The notes: a model not told the origin generated them from the letters alone. A DNA stretch of 59,291 bases from an uncultured Gammaproteobacteria bacterium (GCA_964524895.1 CAZGFG010000004.1:20469-79759); one strand, 5' to 3'; positions 47,001 through 55,447 are shown, counted from the stretch's first letter. Translations and numbers: made by a program.

Positions 47001-47204
47001 GAGCTGGTAATCAATATTAGCCTTGGCAATAGCAAAGGTATGTCGGGAGATGGATTTATAATCAGGCGCACCTGTGTAGATTTAGGTATACCCCTGCAAA
47101 CTAACCTTCAGGCGGCAATTGCCCTAAGTCATGCTTTGTCTAACAAAAGCTTGGAAGATCTTAAAATTAACCCCTGGGATCATTATTTGGCTGCAGGCAG
47201 ATAG
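44010..47204 (+). CDS. carB: carbamoyl-phosphate synthase large subunit
   Basis: GEFDYSG, two ATP-grasp halves, GSSVEFDW, MGS-like C-terminus. Confidence 0.97.
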   Translation: MKKMKKVLVLGSGALKIGEAGEFDYSGSQALKALKEEGLKTVLINPNIATIQTSQALADKIYFLPVTAYFVEEVIKKEHPDGIFLSFGGQTALNCGLALAGSGVFKKYNVEVLGTQIGSIKTTEDREMFARELEKIQVKVPKGGFASNLVQAKKLALKLGFPLLVRSGYSLGGLGSGVVYNQDELGKLVTYSLKHAPQIAIEEYLKHWKEIEYEVVRDNAGNKITVCNMENMDPLGIHTGESIVVAPSQTLNNYQYHFLRNLSLKVIEHLAVVGECNIQFALNPLSNDYRVIEVNARLSRSSALASKATGYPLAYIAAKLALGKTLLDLKNSVTKTTSAFFEPALDYIVVKIPRWDLQKFAGAENVIGSEMKSVGEVMAIGRSFPEALQKAIRSLETGQDGLLNGRKKDQQSNGKRYLAPSTQRLFEVAEELAEGVSTVEIYQATGIDFWFLCQLEEIVEFEKDLGSKKLKLDKETLLQAKKLGFSDEIIARGFNTTAQRIRQARKRWSILPKVKHIDTLAAEYPAKTNYLYLTYHGEESEEEEGVLDKVIVLGSGPYRIGSSVEFDWCSVTAAQTFRSKGFQTVIINCNPETVSTDFDLADKLYFEELTLERVRDIYEIEKSAQLVMAFGGQIPNNLALSCYQAGMKILGTDPKSIDLAENRHKFSRLLDTLDIEQPAWEQLKSLADAANFARRIGFPVMVRPSYVLSGSAMNVAYSPRELKTYLQDAVQVSQKYPVVISKFVDNAKEIEIDGVASKGELIIYAISEHVENAGVHSGDATLVLPPQRLYLETVRQIKTASKKIIKALNISGPFNIQFLAKDNRVMVIELNLRASRSFPFVSKVTGYNFVEMACKIMLAEEVKGDFKTIDIDYVGVKAPQFSFNRIKGADPKLRVEMLSTGEVACFGHDLDEAYLKSLLSTGFKKPSKSVFLSIGGDENKMDFLPSAQALSHMGLKIYATEHTSQSLTQNGIKNTRVYKISEGKHPSVVDLMHQGKIELVINISLGNSKGMSGDGFIIRRTCVDLGIPLQTNLQAAIALSHALSNKSLEDLKINPWDHYLAAGR

Positions 47205-47262
47205 ATTTTTTGCGGGGAATATGCAAGAATTGGATTTAGAGGAAGAAAACTTTTCCTAATCT

Positions 47263-48339
47263 ATGTTTGTCCCAAAATATACAATTACAAATTCCATTTT
47301 AAAAAATATTGGCAGGATAGATGCTGCCAGAGAGGTAATTATAAATGCTCCGTTGGTGCCTGCTTGGGAAGCCAAATTCCGCAAAGAAGCAGCCGAGAGG
47401 ACAATCCACCATGGAACTCACCTTGAAGGAAATCCTTTAACCCAAGAAGAGGTTAATGATGTTCTGGAAGGGGAAGAGGTAGTGGCTCGGGACCGGGATA
47501 TCCAAGAGATTTTAAACTACCGAAATGTCTTAAAGTTTATTGATACTATTGCGTCCCAAATAGGCAATGAGGGCAGGTATGCATTAAATGTTGAGACTAT
47601 TTTGGAGAGTCATAGATTAACTACAGAGAAGATTTTATCGCAGGAGTCCAGTGGTAAGTTTAGGGTTAGGCAGGTAGTAATTAGAAATACCAAAACCGGG
47701 CTGATCTCTTATACCCCTCCACCGGCCGTGGAAGTGCCTTATTTAGTTGAGGATTTGGTGAACTGGATCAATTCGGAGGAGGCAAAGGAAATGCATCCGG
47801 TTATCAAAGCGGGAATCATCCATTATGAGTTGGCCAGGGTTCACCCCTTTGTAGACGGAAATGGCCGGGTAGCCCGGGCTGTGGCTACTTTAGTTATGTT
47901 TTTGGACAGCTACGATATCCGTAAATTCTTTTCCTTTGAGGAATATTTTGACGAAAACCCGATTGATTATTACCTGACGCTGCAGGCTGTTTCCAATCAA
48001 CTGGTTATGGATACTCATGAAAGGGACTTAACCCCCTGGCTGGAATATTTTGTGGAAGGGGTAGCAATAGAGTTAAATCGGGTTAAGGAAAAGGTGCAGA
48101 GAATCTCTATTGATGCCAAGGTAAAGGATAAATTGGGAGAACAATTGATGTTAAATGAGCGCCAGATGTTGATTATGGAGTATTTACATAAGCATAAAAG
48201 CATGCAGAATAAAGATTTTAGGAAGATCTTTCCGGAATTTTCCGATGATACGGTTTTACGGGAGCTTAAGTTTTTGAAGGGAAAAGGGTTGGTTAAAAAG
48301 ATGGGCGGCACCAAAAAAGCTACTTACCTTTTGAAGTAG
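47263..48339 (+). CDS. Fic family protein with a C-terminal HTH
   Basis: canonical HPFVDGNGRVAR; N-terminal THLEGN inhibitory-type motif. Confidence 0.93.
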   Translation: MFVPKYTITNSILKNIGRIDAAREVIINAPLVPAWEAKFRKEAAERTIHHGTHLEGNPLTQEEVNDVLEGEEVVARDRDIQEILNYRNVLKFIDTIASQIGNEGRYALNVETILESHRLTTEKILSQESSGKFRVRQVVIRNTKTGLISYTPPPAVEVPYLVEDLVNWINSEEAKEMHPVIKAGIIHYELARVHPFVDGNGRVARAVATLVMFLDSYDIRKFFSFEEYFDENPIDYYLTLQAVSNQLVMDTHERDLTPWLEYFVEGVAIELNRVKEKVQRISIDAKVKDKLGEQLMLNERQMLIMEYLHKHKSMQNKDFRKIFPEFSDDTVLRELKFLKGKGLVKKMGGTKKATYLLK

Positions 48340-48595
48340 ATTTAGGCAAAGTATGATCTGGGTGGTCTGGTACATATTCATGAGCCAGAGTGTGCAATGT
48401 CTCTAATTCTTGTAGCTCACCAGCTATTAATGCCTGCCTTCTATTCGGAAGTTGGTGGGCAAGGTCTATTAGAATTCCATATACATCTCTGCTGGTTTGG
48501 ACAAGAGTAGCTGTTTGTTCTGGCTCGAGTGTTGGGGCTTTTGTTTTAGTAGGTTTCTCTACTTCCCATAATGCCTCTACTGGTTTCATAAGCAT
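48320..48595 (-). CDS. hypothetical protein (start probably 48589)
   Basis: TGATATAAT 6 nt upstream of ATG 48589. Confidence 0.45.
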   Translation of the reverse strand: MLMKPVEALWEVEKPTKTKAPTLEPEQTATLVQTSRDVYGILIDLAHQLPNRRQALIAGELQELETLHTLAHEYVPDHPDHTLPKSTSKGK

Positions 48596-48701
48596 ATTAT
48601 ATCAAATTTGAGCCTGAAGTTACAACAAATTTATAAACAGGATAGGTTATAGGATGTTTGGACATCTGTACCACTGGCTTAAGTGATTCAAATCATTTTA
48701 A

Positions 48702-49028
48702 CTAGTGGTTTTCTTCCTGAGGATTGGACAACATTTGGGCCTGATCCTGCATATATTTTGCAATACTCTCATCTGAAAACCCATCCATGCCCTTAAACTC
48801 CTCTGCAGCCATAATCAGTTGTCTTCTGGTTTCCTCTAGCAACTCCTCATAAGAGAACTTGGATCCATCTGTATGCCTCTTGTCCTCATATCCTTTATAT
48901 GGTCTCTTAACATACTTTCTTAACCATTCGCCAAACTTGTCAGGATCATTTATGTCGGGTGTTGGTATGTCAAGTTTACTAGGATTATGCTCTGCTGAAG
49001 GCTGATTTGGATCTTGGAAATTTTCCAT
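48702..49028 (-). CDS. hypothetical acidic protein
   Basis: TTGACA-N16-TAAAAT 6 nt upstream of the ATG. Confidence 0.55.
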   Translation of the reverse strand: MENFQDPNQPSAEHNPSKLDIPTPDINDPDKFGEWLRKYVKRPYKGYEDKRHTDGSKFSYEELLEETRRQLIMAAEEFKGMDGFSDESIAKYMQDQAQMLSNPQEENH

Positions 49029-49094
49029 AGACCTATTTTACTAGGTTAGCTATGCTTGTCAACCCTATAAGAATAAATTACAATTCTGATTGAT

Positions 49095-50834
49095 ATGATT
49101 TTTGAGGAGCTGACTGAATATTTTGAGAGGTTGGAAAAAACTTCCTCCAGGCTTTCTTTAATTGATATCTTAGCTGAACTTTTTTCCAAAGTAGATAAAA
49201 AGGAAGTAGCTAAGGTTTCTTATCTAATCCAAGGACGGGTAGCCCCTTTTTACGAACCTATCGAGATTGGGATGGCGGAAAAAAGTGTAGCGGCCTCAAT
49301 TGCGCGTGCTTATGGGGTAGAGCGTCCGGAAGTTTTAAAAATGTATGGAAAATTAGGAGATTTAGGGTTGGTTGCAATGCAGCTAAGTAGTAAAGGGAAA
49401 AGAATAAGAGGGAAGTTGCCTGTAACAGAAGTTTTTGAGGAATTGAGGAAAATTGCCTCTTTTTCCGGCAGCGGTACAGTGGAAAATAAAATTTCTGCCT
49501 TAACTAACTTATTGAGTAAATCCACTCCGGTAGAGGCAAAACATTTGGTCCGTATCCCCTTGGGGACTTCTCGGTTGGGGATAGGAGATCCGACTATTTT
49601 GGACGCTTTTGCCAAACTTAAACTGGGGGAAAAGTCCAAGAGAAAACTTTTGGAAGGAGCTTACAATAAGGTTTCCGATTTGGGGTTGATTGGAGAAACT
49701 TTGTGGTCAAGGGGATTGAAAGGAGTAGAGGGTTTGGATGTAGCGGTAGGCAGACCTTTGAGGTCAGAACTGTGTGAAAGGATCACTGACCCTAAACAAA
49801 TTCTGGAAAAATTTAGAGGGGAAGCCCATGTTCAATATAAATATGACGGATTCCGTGTCCAAATTCACAAAGATGGTAGTAAAGTTAGGCTTTTTTCTAG
49901 AAATTTAGAGGAAACTACCCCGATGTTTCCAGATATTGTTGAAGGAGTCAAAAAACAGATTAAGGCTAAATCAGCTATTTTAGATGCCGAGGCTTTGGCG
50001 TTTAATCCAGAGTCAGACGAGTTTCTGCCTTTTCAGGAGACCACCAAAAGAAGGAGGAAGTATGGGATCGAAGAGATGGCCAAAAAATTGCCTCTAAAGG
50101 CCTTTGTCTTCGATATTATGTATATAGACGGTAAATCCTTAATTGAGCTGCCTTTGGTTGAGCGTATGAAGCACTTGGCAAAAGCCATAGATGGAAGTGA
50201 GGTATTGATTGAGCAGCCGGGAGAGCTGGTAAAAAAAGCAGACAGGATCCAGCAGTTGTTTGATGATGCTTTAACTAAAGGGTTGGAGGGGTTAATTGTA
50301 AAAAGACCGGATTCTTTATATGAAGCAGGAGCCAGAAATTTTAATTGGATAAAATTAAAAAGGCATTCCTCCGGAGAACTGCAAGATACTGTAGATTGTG
50401 TGATTTTGGGTTATATTTATGGGCGGGGTAAAAGGGTATCGTTTGGTGCAGGAGCACTTTTGGTAGGAATCTATGACAGCGATAAAGATGAGTTTGTGAC
50501 TGTTTCTAAAATAGGCACAGGTTTATCGGATCAGGAGTGGAGGGAGATCCACAAAAGAGCAGATAAAATAAAAGTGGATAAGAAACCTGCCCGGGTTAAT
50601 TCTATTTTAGAACCCAGTGTGTGGATCAAACCGGAAATAGTGATTGAGGTTTTAGCAGACGAGATTACCAAATCTCCGGTTCATACTGCCGGTCGAAACG
50701 GGGAAGAGGTAGGTTATGCTTTACGGTTCCCTCGTTTAGTCCGTTTTAGAGAGTCCGACAAAAAACCGGAAGATGCCTCCACGGTTTCCGAACTAAAAAG
50801 AATGTACGATCAACAGTTTGGTAAGAGGTCTTGA
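49095..50834 (+). CDS. ATP-dependent DNA ligase (LigI/archaeal type with DBD)
   Basis: KYDGFR, ILDAE, FDIMY, EGLIVK, WIKLK, LRFPR. Confidence 0.96.
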   Translation: MIFEELTEYFERLEKTSSRLSLIDILAELFSKVDKKEVAKVSYLIQGRVAPFYEPIEIGMAEKSVAASIARAYGVERPEVLKMYGKLGDLGLVAMQLSSKGKRIRGKLPVTEVFEELRKIASFSGSGTVENKISALTNLLSKSTPVEAKHLVRIPLGTSRLGIGDPTILDAFAKLKLGEKSKRKLLEGAYNKVSDLGLIGETLWSRGLKGVEGLDVAVGRPLRSELCERITDPKQILEKFRGEAHVQYKYDGFRVQIHKDGSKVRLFSRNLEETTPMFPDIVEGVKKQIKAKSAILDAEALAFNPESDEFLPFQETTKRRRKYGIEEMAKKLPLKAFVFDIMYIDGKSLIELPLVERMKHLAKAIDGSEVLIEQPGELVKKADRIQQLFDDALTKGLEGLIVKRPDSLYEAGARNFNWIKLKRHSSGELQDTVDCVILGYIYGRGKRVSFGAGALLVGIYDSDKDEFVTVSKIGTGLSDQEWREIHKRADKIKVDKKPARVNSILEPSVWIKPEIVIEVLADEITKSPVHTAGRNGEEVGYALRFPRLVRFRESDKKPEDASTVSELKRMYDQQFGKRS

Positions 50835-50861
50835 CTGCGTAAGTTGTGGTAAAATCCGGGC

Positions 50862-52136
50862 ATGGCGTATGTAGCGGATCTTCATATCCATTCCCGGTTT
50901 TCCAGGGCTTGTTCACCCCAACTTACCATTCCCAATTTGGCAGAGGCTGCCAAACTAAAAGGAATAAAGCTTTTAGGTACAGCCGACTTTTTACATCCTC
51001 TTTGGTACTCGGAGTTAAAGCGTGATTTAAAAGAGGAGGGGAATGGGTTATTTGCTCATAACGGAATCAAATTTATCCTTTCCACAGAAGTTTCTTTAAT
51101 ATATTCGCATAATGGCAAAGGCCGGAGGATTCATCTTTTAGTGATGCTTCCTTCTTTTGAGTCGGCAGAAAAACTGCAGCATCAGTTGTATCAAAGACAG
51201 GCCAAACTTTCTTCCGACGGCAGGCCTATCCTTGGTATGTCAACCCAAGCTTTTTGCGAGATAGTCTTCAACATTGAGTCTAAAGCTATCTTGATTCCGG
51301 CTCATATATGGACGCCTTGGTTTGGCATGTTTGGCTCACAGTCAGGTTATGATTCTTTTAATGAATGCTTCGGTCCCTTTTCAGAAAATATTTATGCTAT
51401 TGAAACGGGGATGTCTTCTGACCCGGCGATGAACTGGCGGGTTGGGCAACTGGATTCAAAGTCGATTGTTTCTTTTTCAGACCCGCATTCTTTGCCAAAA
51501 ATGGGTAGGGAAGCAACAATCTTTGCTGGAGAATTAAGTTACCCGGGTCTCTTAAGTGACTTAAAGGAGCAGGGAATTGAGGGTACAATTGAGTTTTACC
51601 CGGAGGAGGGAAAATACCATTTTGACGGTCACAGAAATTGCCAATTTTCCCAACCGCCCCAACAAACCAGGAAAGCGGGTACTGTTTGCCCCAAATGCGG
51701 GCGGGATCTAACAGTGGGAGTTATGTACCAGGTAGATAAATTAGCAACCAGGGACAGTCAGGAGCTAGGAATTAAGAGTCAAGAAGGCTGGGTGATTAGT
51801 GAGACTTTAAATAGGCCAAAATACAGAATGTTGGTGCCGCTGATGGAAATAATAGCAGAAGCGTTTAATGTTGGTGTAGCAAGCCAAAAGGTAGATTCTG
51901 AATACAAAAAACTCATAACCTCTTTGGGAGATGAAATCTCTATTTTGACGCAAATAAATATAGAAGAAATAGCCAAAACCGGTGGTGCAAAAATAGCGGA
52001 GGGAATAAGTAAAGTCAGAAGCGGGGATTTAGTTATAGAACCTGGTTATGATGGAGTATACGGGGTAGTTAAAATTTGGAATGAAGAGGAAGACAATGGT
52101 CAGGAATCTGTTCCACAGCTTGGGTTATTTGATTAA
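50862..52136 (+). CDS. endonuclease Q family protein (PHP domain plus Zn finger)
   Basis: DLHIHSRFSRA, IPAHIWTPW, IETGMSSD, SFSDPHS, GKYHFDGH, CPKCG. Confidence 0.9.
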   Translation: MAYVADLHIHSRFSRACSPQLTIPNLAEAAKLKGIKLLGTADFLHPLWYSELKRDLKEEGNGLFAHNGIKFILSTEVSLIYSHNGKGRRIHLLVMLPSFESAEKLQHQLYQRQAKLSSDGRPILGMSTQAFCEIVFNIESKAILIPAHIWTPWFGMFGSQSGYDSFNECFGPFSENIYAIETGMSSDPAMNWRVGQLDSKSIVSFSDPHSLPKMGREATIFAGELSYPGLLSDLKEQGIEGTIEFYPEEGKYHFDGHRNCQFSQPPQQTRKAGTVCPKCGRDLTVGVMYQVDKLATRDSQELGIKSQEGWVISETLNRPKYRMLVPLMEIIAEAFNVGVASQKVDSEYKKLITSLGDEISILTQINIEEIAKTGGAKIAEGISKVRSGDLVIEPGYDGVYGVVKIWNEEEDNGQESVPQLGLFD

Positions 52137-52205
52137 ACGGTCTATTTTTAATTTGTAAGCTTTGCCCTATTGGCAGTCAGGGTCTAATTTATTAGAATAT
52201 CTCCG

Positions 52206-52805
52206 ATGAAGATTCTAGTTGGTTTGGGTAATCCGGAGGAAAAATATAGTGGTACAAGGCATAATTTGGGCTTTGAGGTAGTGGATGAATTTAGAAGGAA
52301 ACTCAATTTGGGAGATTGGGGATATGAGAGACAATTTAAGTCAGAAACTTTAAAATTTAGCTATAGCCTAAGCCCTAAACCCTTAACCCTAATTTTAGTT
52401 AAACCTCGAACCTATATGAACCTTTCTGGTTTAGCTGTAGTTTCTTTAGTCCGTTTCTACAGAGTTGCTCCGGAGGATATCATTATTGTGCATGATGAGT
52501 TGGACCTACCTTTGGGGAAAATTAAGGTTCGTCTTGGCGGAGCAGCAGCTGGACATCATGGGGTAGAGTCTGTGATAAATGAATTGGGGAGTGATCAATT
52601 TATTAGGGTGAGGCTGGGGATAGGAAATTTAAAATCCCACAGCGGGGAGCATAAAAGGATCTCCTTCTCTGCTGAAAAATTTGTACTGGAGCCTTTTTTG
52701 CAAAGTGAGCATTCGGAAGTTAAACATATGGTTAAGAAAGCGCTGGGGGCAATCGAGTTAATTTTGGATAAGGGTTTGGAAACTGCCAAAAACCAATTTA
52801 ATTAG
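52206..52805 (+). CDS. pth: peptidyl-tRNA hydrolase
   Basis: VGLGNP..Y..TRHNLGF, TYMNLSG, HDELD, GHHG. Confidence 0.96.
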   Translation: MKILVGLGNPEEKYSGTRHNLGFEVVDEFRRKLNLGDWGYERQFKSETLKFSYSLSPKPLTLILVKPRTYMNLSGLAVVSLVRFYRVAPEDIIIVHDELDLPLGKIKVRLGGAAAGHHGVESVINELGSDQFIRVRLGIGNLKSHSGEHKRISFSAEKFVLEPFLQSEHSEVKHMVKKALGAIELILDKGLETAKNQFN

Positions 52806-52854
52806 ATAAATTTGGGGTTGACAGCTTCTTTCTTTTTCACTAAACTGATCTAAC

Positions 52855-53598
52855 ATGGAAAAGACAAACTCCTTTTTAACAATCCCGGTGGCTATCCTTA
52901 TAGGTTCGGTAGTTATTGGTTTATCACTTATGATTAGCAGCGGAGTGATTAAACTAGGCAGCGCCGGTTCTTACCAGGCTCCAGCTCCTACCGCTCCAAC
53001 CGGGCAGGCTCCAAGCGGCCAAGCTGTAGCCAAAACCGAAGCGGATATTATTAAAGGCTTAAAAGATTTAGCTAAAAATTTGGGATTGGACCAGAATAAG
53101 TTCAGCAGCTGTCTAGATTCAGGATCAAAAGCGGATTTGGTAAAAGCCGATTTGGACGAGGGGAGCAAAGTTGGAGTAAATGGTACTCCGGGCTTTTTTG
53201 TCAATGGCCGGACTTTAAGCGGTGCCCAACCCTATGCCCAGTTTAAAACTATCATAGATGAAGAGCTTTCAGGGAGTGCTCCGGCAAACACTCAACGCCA
53301 AAATGTCCCGGTCGGCAATTTACCGGTTTTGGGAAATCCTAATGCTCCTGTAACCATCATTGAATTTTCCGATTACCAATGTCCGTTCTGTGAAGCTTTT
53401 TTCACCCAGACCGAACCTCAAATTAAAAAAGACTATATAGATTCGGGCAAAGTGAAGTTTTATTATCGGGATTATCCTCTTTCCCAAATTCATCCTGGTG
53501 CTCAAAAAGCTGCAGAAGCGGCAAGGTGTGCCGGGGACCAAAACAAATATTGGCAATATCATGATTCGGTCTTCCAAAACCAAAAGACTCTCTTCTAA
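52855..53598 (+). CDS. membrane-anchored DsbA/BdbD-family oxidoreductase, circularly permuted
   Basis: GVNGTPGFFVNG segment precedes EFSDYQCPFC segment. Confidence 0.85.
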   Translation: MEKTNSFLTIPVAILIGSVVIGLSLMISSGVIKLGSAGSYQAPAPTAPTGQAPSGQAVAKTEADIIKGLKDLAKNLGLDQNKFSSCLDSGSKADLVKADLDEGSKVGVNGTPGFFVNGRTLSGAQPYAQFKTIIDEELSGSAPANTQRQNVPVGNLPVLGNPNAPVTIIEFSDYQCPFCEAFFTQTEPQIKKDYIDSGKVKFYYRDYPLSQIHPGAQKAAEAARCAGDQNKYWQYHDSVFQNQKTLF

Positions 53599-53601
53599 CC
53601 T

Positions 53602-54018
53602 TCATCGGCAATTATGGCAAACTCCGAAGAACTCTAAAGAGTGGCCGATCGGTTTAAAGTCCAATTTTTTCATAATCTGCATCTCTTTCATATCCAGATC
53701 TTTTTCCATGGGTATATCAACTACTTTTTGACAGTTGATGCAGATGATGTGGTGATGATGGCTACCTGCTATTTCATACCGCTTCCTGCCTTCTCCAAAA
53801 TCAACTTCCTGTAGAATCTTCTGTCCTTGTAGAAAATCTACCTCTCTGTAAACAGTACTTTTATTTGGTTCCAATCCCTTCTTGGATAAAATTTTAAGCA
53901 GGTCGGTTGTAGAGAGCGGAGAGTCGGCGTTAAATAAAATTTCCACCAAAGCCTGCCTGATTTTTGTACTTTTGTGCCCTCTCAACTTTAAGTTTTCCAT
54001 AATTTTTTTGTTATCCAT
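53602..54018 (-). CDS. Fur family regulator (Zur-like)
   Basis: STVYR, HHHHIICINC, GVCHNC; start probably MDNKK at 54018. Confidence 0.9.
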   Translation of the reverse strand: MDNKKIMENLKLRGHKSTKIRQALVEILFNADSPLSTTDLLKILSKKGLEPNKSTVYREVDFLQGQKILQEVDFGEGRKRYEIAGSHHHHIICINCQKVVDIPMEKDLDMKEMQIMKKLDFKPIGHSLEFFGVCHNCR

Positions 54019-54045
54019 AATCCCGATACAATTATAGCATCTATA

Positions 54046-54073
54046 CATTTATATTACGACCGTGATATAAATG
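54046..54073. repeat. 28-bp palindromic site 1 (CATTTATATTA-CGACCG-TGATATAAATG)
   Basis: 11-6-11 inverted symmetry; overlaps the start of the PaaX-like gene. Confidence 0.75.
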
Positions 54074-54601
54074 AAGGGAATGAAAACTAGAGGGGCAATC
54101 AGTACCAAGAAAAACCTTACCAATTTTATTTTGCTGGCTTTGGAGAAGACGGTTGATGGGTATGTAAGGCTAGAAGACTTTGCTTATAACCCTGGATATT
54201 ATGCTTATGGAGATGGTTGGGATTTCCCTTTAAAGAAGGCCTCCTTATCTCAAGCTTTAAAAAGGCTAAGAGAAAATGGGCTGGTGGATCTTGTAGATAA
54301 TGAAAAGTTGATTTTGAGGCTAACTGATCGTGGCAGAGAAAAAGCAGTTTTGGCAAAGATTAAATTTGACAGTCAAAAGTGGGATGGTAAATGGAGGTTG
54401 GTAATATTTGATATTCCAGAGAAAAAACGATCGGTGAGGGATCTTTTAAGGTCCAAACTCAAACAGTGGGATTTTGTATATTTGCAGCAAAGTGTCTGGG
54501 TTTCCAAGAAGGATTGTACTGAAGTTTTAAGAAACTTTATCAAAAGTGTGGGAATAGAGGATTGGGTAATGGTTATTGAATCCGACAACACTGGCCTTTG
54601 A
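54071..54601 (+). CDS. PaaX-like protein (wHTH plus Cas2/VapD-like ferredoxin fold)
   Basis: LTDRG, WDGKWRLVIFDIPEKKR..RD.LR..L, LQQSVW. Confidence 0.85.
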   Translation: MKGMKTRGAISTKKNLTNFILLALEKTVDGYVRLEDFAYNPGYYAYGDGWDFPLKKASLSQALKRLRENGLVDLVDNEKLILRLTDRGREKAVLAKIKFDSQKWDGKWRLVIFDIPEKKRSVRDLLRSKLKQWDFVYLQQSVWVSKKDCTEVLRNFIKSVGIEDWVMVIESDNTGL

Positions 54602-54603
54602 TG

Positions 54604-54631
54604 CATTTATGCTACGGTCGTATGATAAATG
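54604..54631. repeat. 28-bp palindromic site 2 (CATTTATGCTA-CGGTCG-TATGATAAATG)
   Basis: same arms as site 1 with the central hexamer reverse-complemented; starts 3 bp after the stop. Confidence 0.75.
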
Positions 54632-54665
54632 AAAATAGTTAAGATGAAAATGTTTGTCCCTTGAC

Positions 54666-54684
54666 AATGCAACCTAGTTGCGTT
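54666..54684. promoter_or_regulatory. candidate Zur/Fur operator AATGCAAC-N3-GTTGCGTT
   Basis: 8-3-8 palindrome between TTGACA (54661) and the -10 of the ZIP gene. Confidence 0.55.
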
Positions 54685-54697
54685 TTAATACCAGGTA

Positions 54698-55447
54698 ATG
54701 GGGACATTGTTTTATATTCTGTTATTTTCCTTTATCGGATCGGTAGTATCACTGGTTGGAGGAGTTTTATTGTTATTTAGGGAAAAATTGGCCCTTAAAA
54801 TCTCCCATTATTTGTCCTCTTTTGCAGCCGGGACATTGCTGGGAACCGCTTTTTTTGACCTGTTACCGGAGGCTGCAGATCAAGCTAAAGGGGAAGCTGT
54901 TTTTCAATGGACACTAGCAGGTTTGTTAATCTTTTTTCTGCTTGAGAGGTTTATCCATCATCACCACGACAGCCCCAAAGAAGATGCGGTGGTGCCCTTG
55001 ATTGTGATTGGTGATAGTATCCATAATTTTATTGACGGTGTGGCTATGGCAGCTACTTTCTTGGTATCAATTCCCTTGGGGATTGTAACTTCTTTGGCTG
55101 TGGCTGCCCATGAAATTCCCCAGGAGATAGGAGACTTTGGCTTAATGCTGCATAAAGGTGTTGCCAGGAAGCGGGTATTGTTAATTAACTTTTTGAGTGC
55201 CTTGGCTGCAATGGCCGGAGCTATATTAACCTATCTGGAGAAGGATAGGATAGAAGGGTTATTACCGGCAGTTTTAGGCCTAACTGCAGGATTTTTTATC
55301 TATATTGCAGCTTCCAACTTAATTCCGGAGATTCATAATAGGGAAAACCAGCAAATGGCTTTTTGGGAGACAGTTGTGCTTCTTTTGGGAGTATTGGTAA
55401 TCTTTATTGCTATCTCTACCCTGGAGACTTTGGCCTTACCACATTAA
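54698..55447 (+). CDS. ZIP family metal transporter (ZupT-like)
   Basis: FAAGTLLG..FFDLLPE, HHHH loop, DSIHNFIDG, HEIPQEIGDF. Confidence 0.94.
   Translation: MGTLFYILLFSFIGSVVSLVGGVLLLFREKLALKISHYLSSFAAGTLLGTAFFDLLPEAADQAKGEAVFQWTLAGLLIFFLLERFIHHHHDSPKEDAVVPLIVIGDSIHNFIDGVAMAATFLVSIPLGIVTSLAVAAHEIPQEIGDFGLMLHKGVARKRVLLINFLSALAAMAGAILTYLEKDRIEGLLPAVLGLTAGFFIYIAASNLIPEIHNRENQQMAFWETVVLLLGVLVIFIAISTLETLALPH

Noticed and set aside
54071-54601. PaaX-like gene as CRISPR Cas2
   Set aside because: It has a wHTH N-terminus, and there are no other cas genes or repeat-spacer array in the window.
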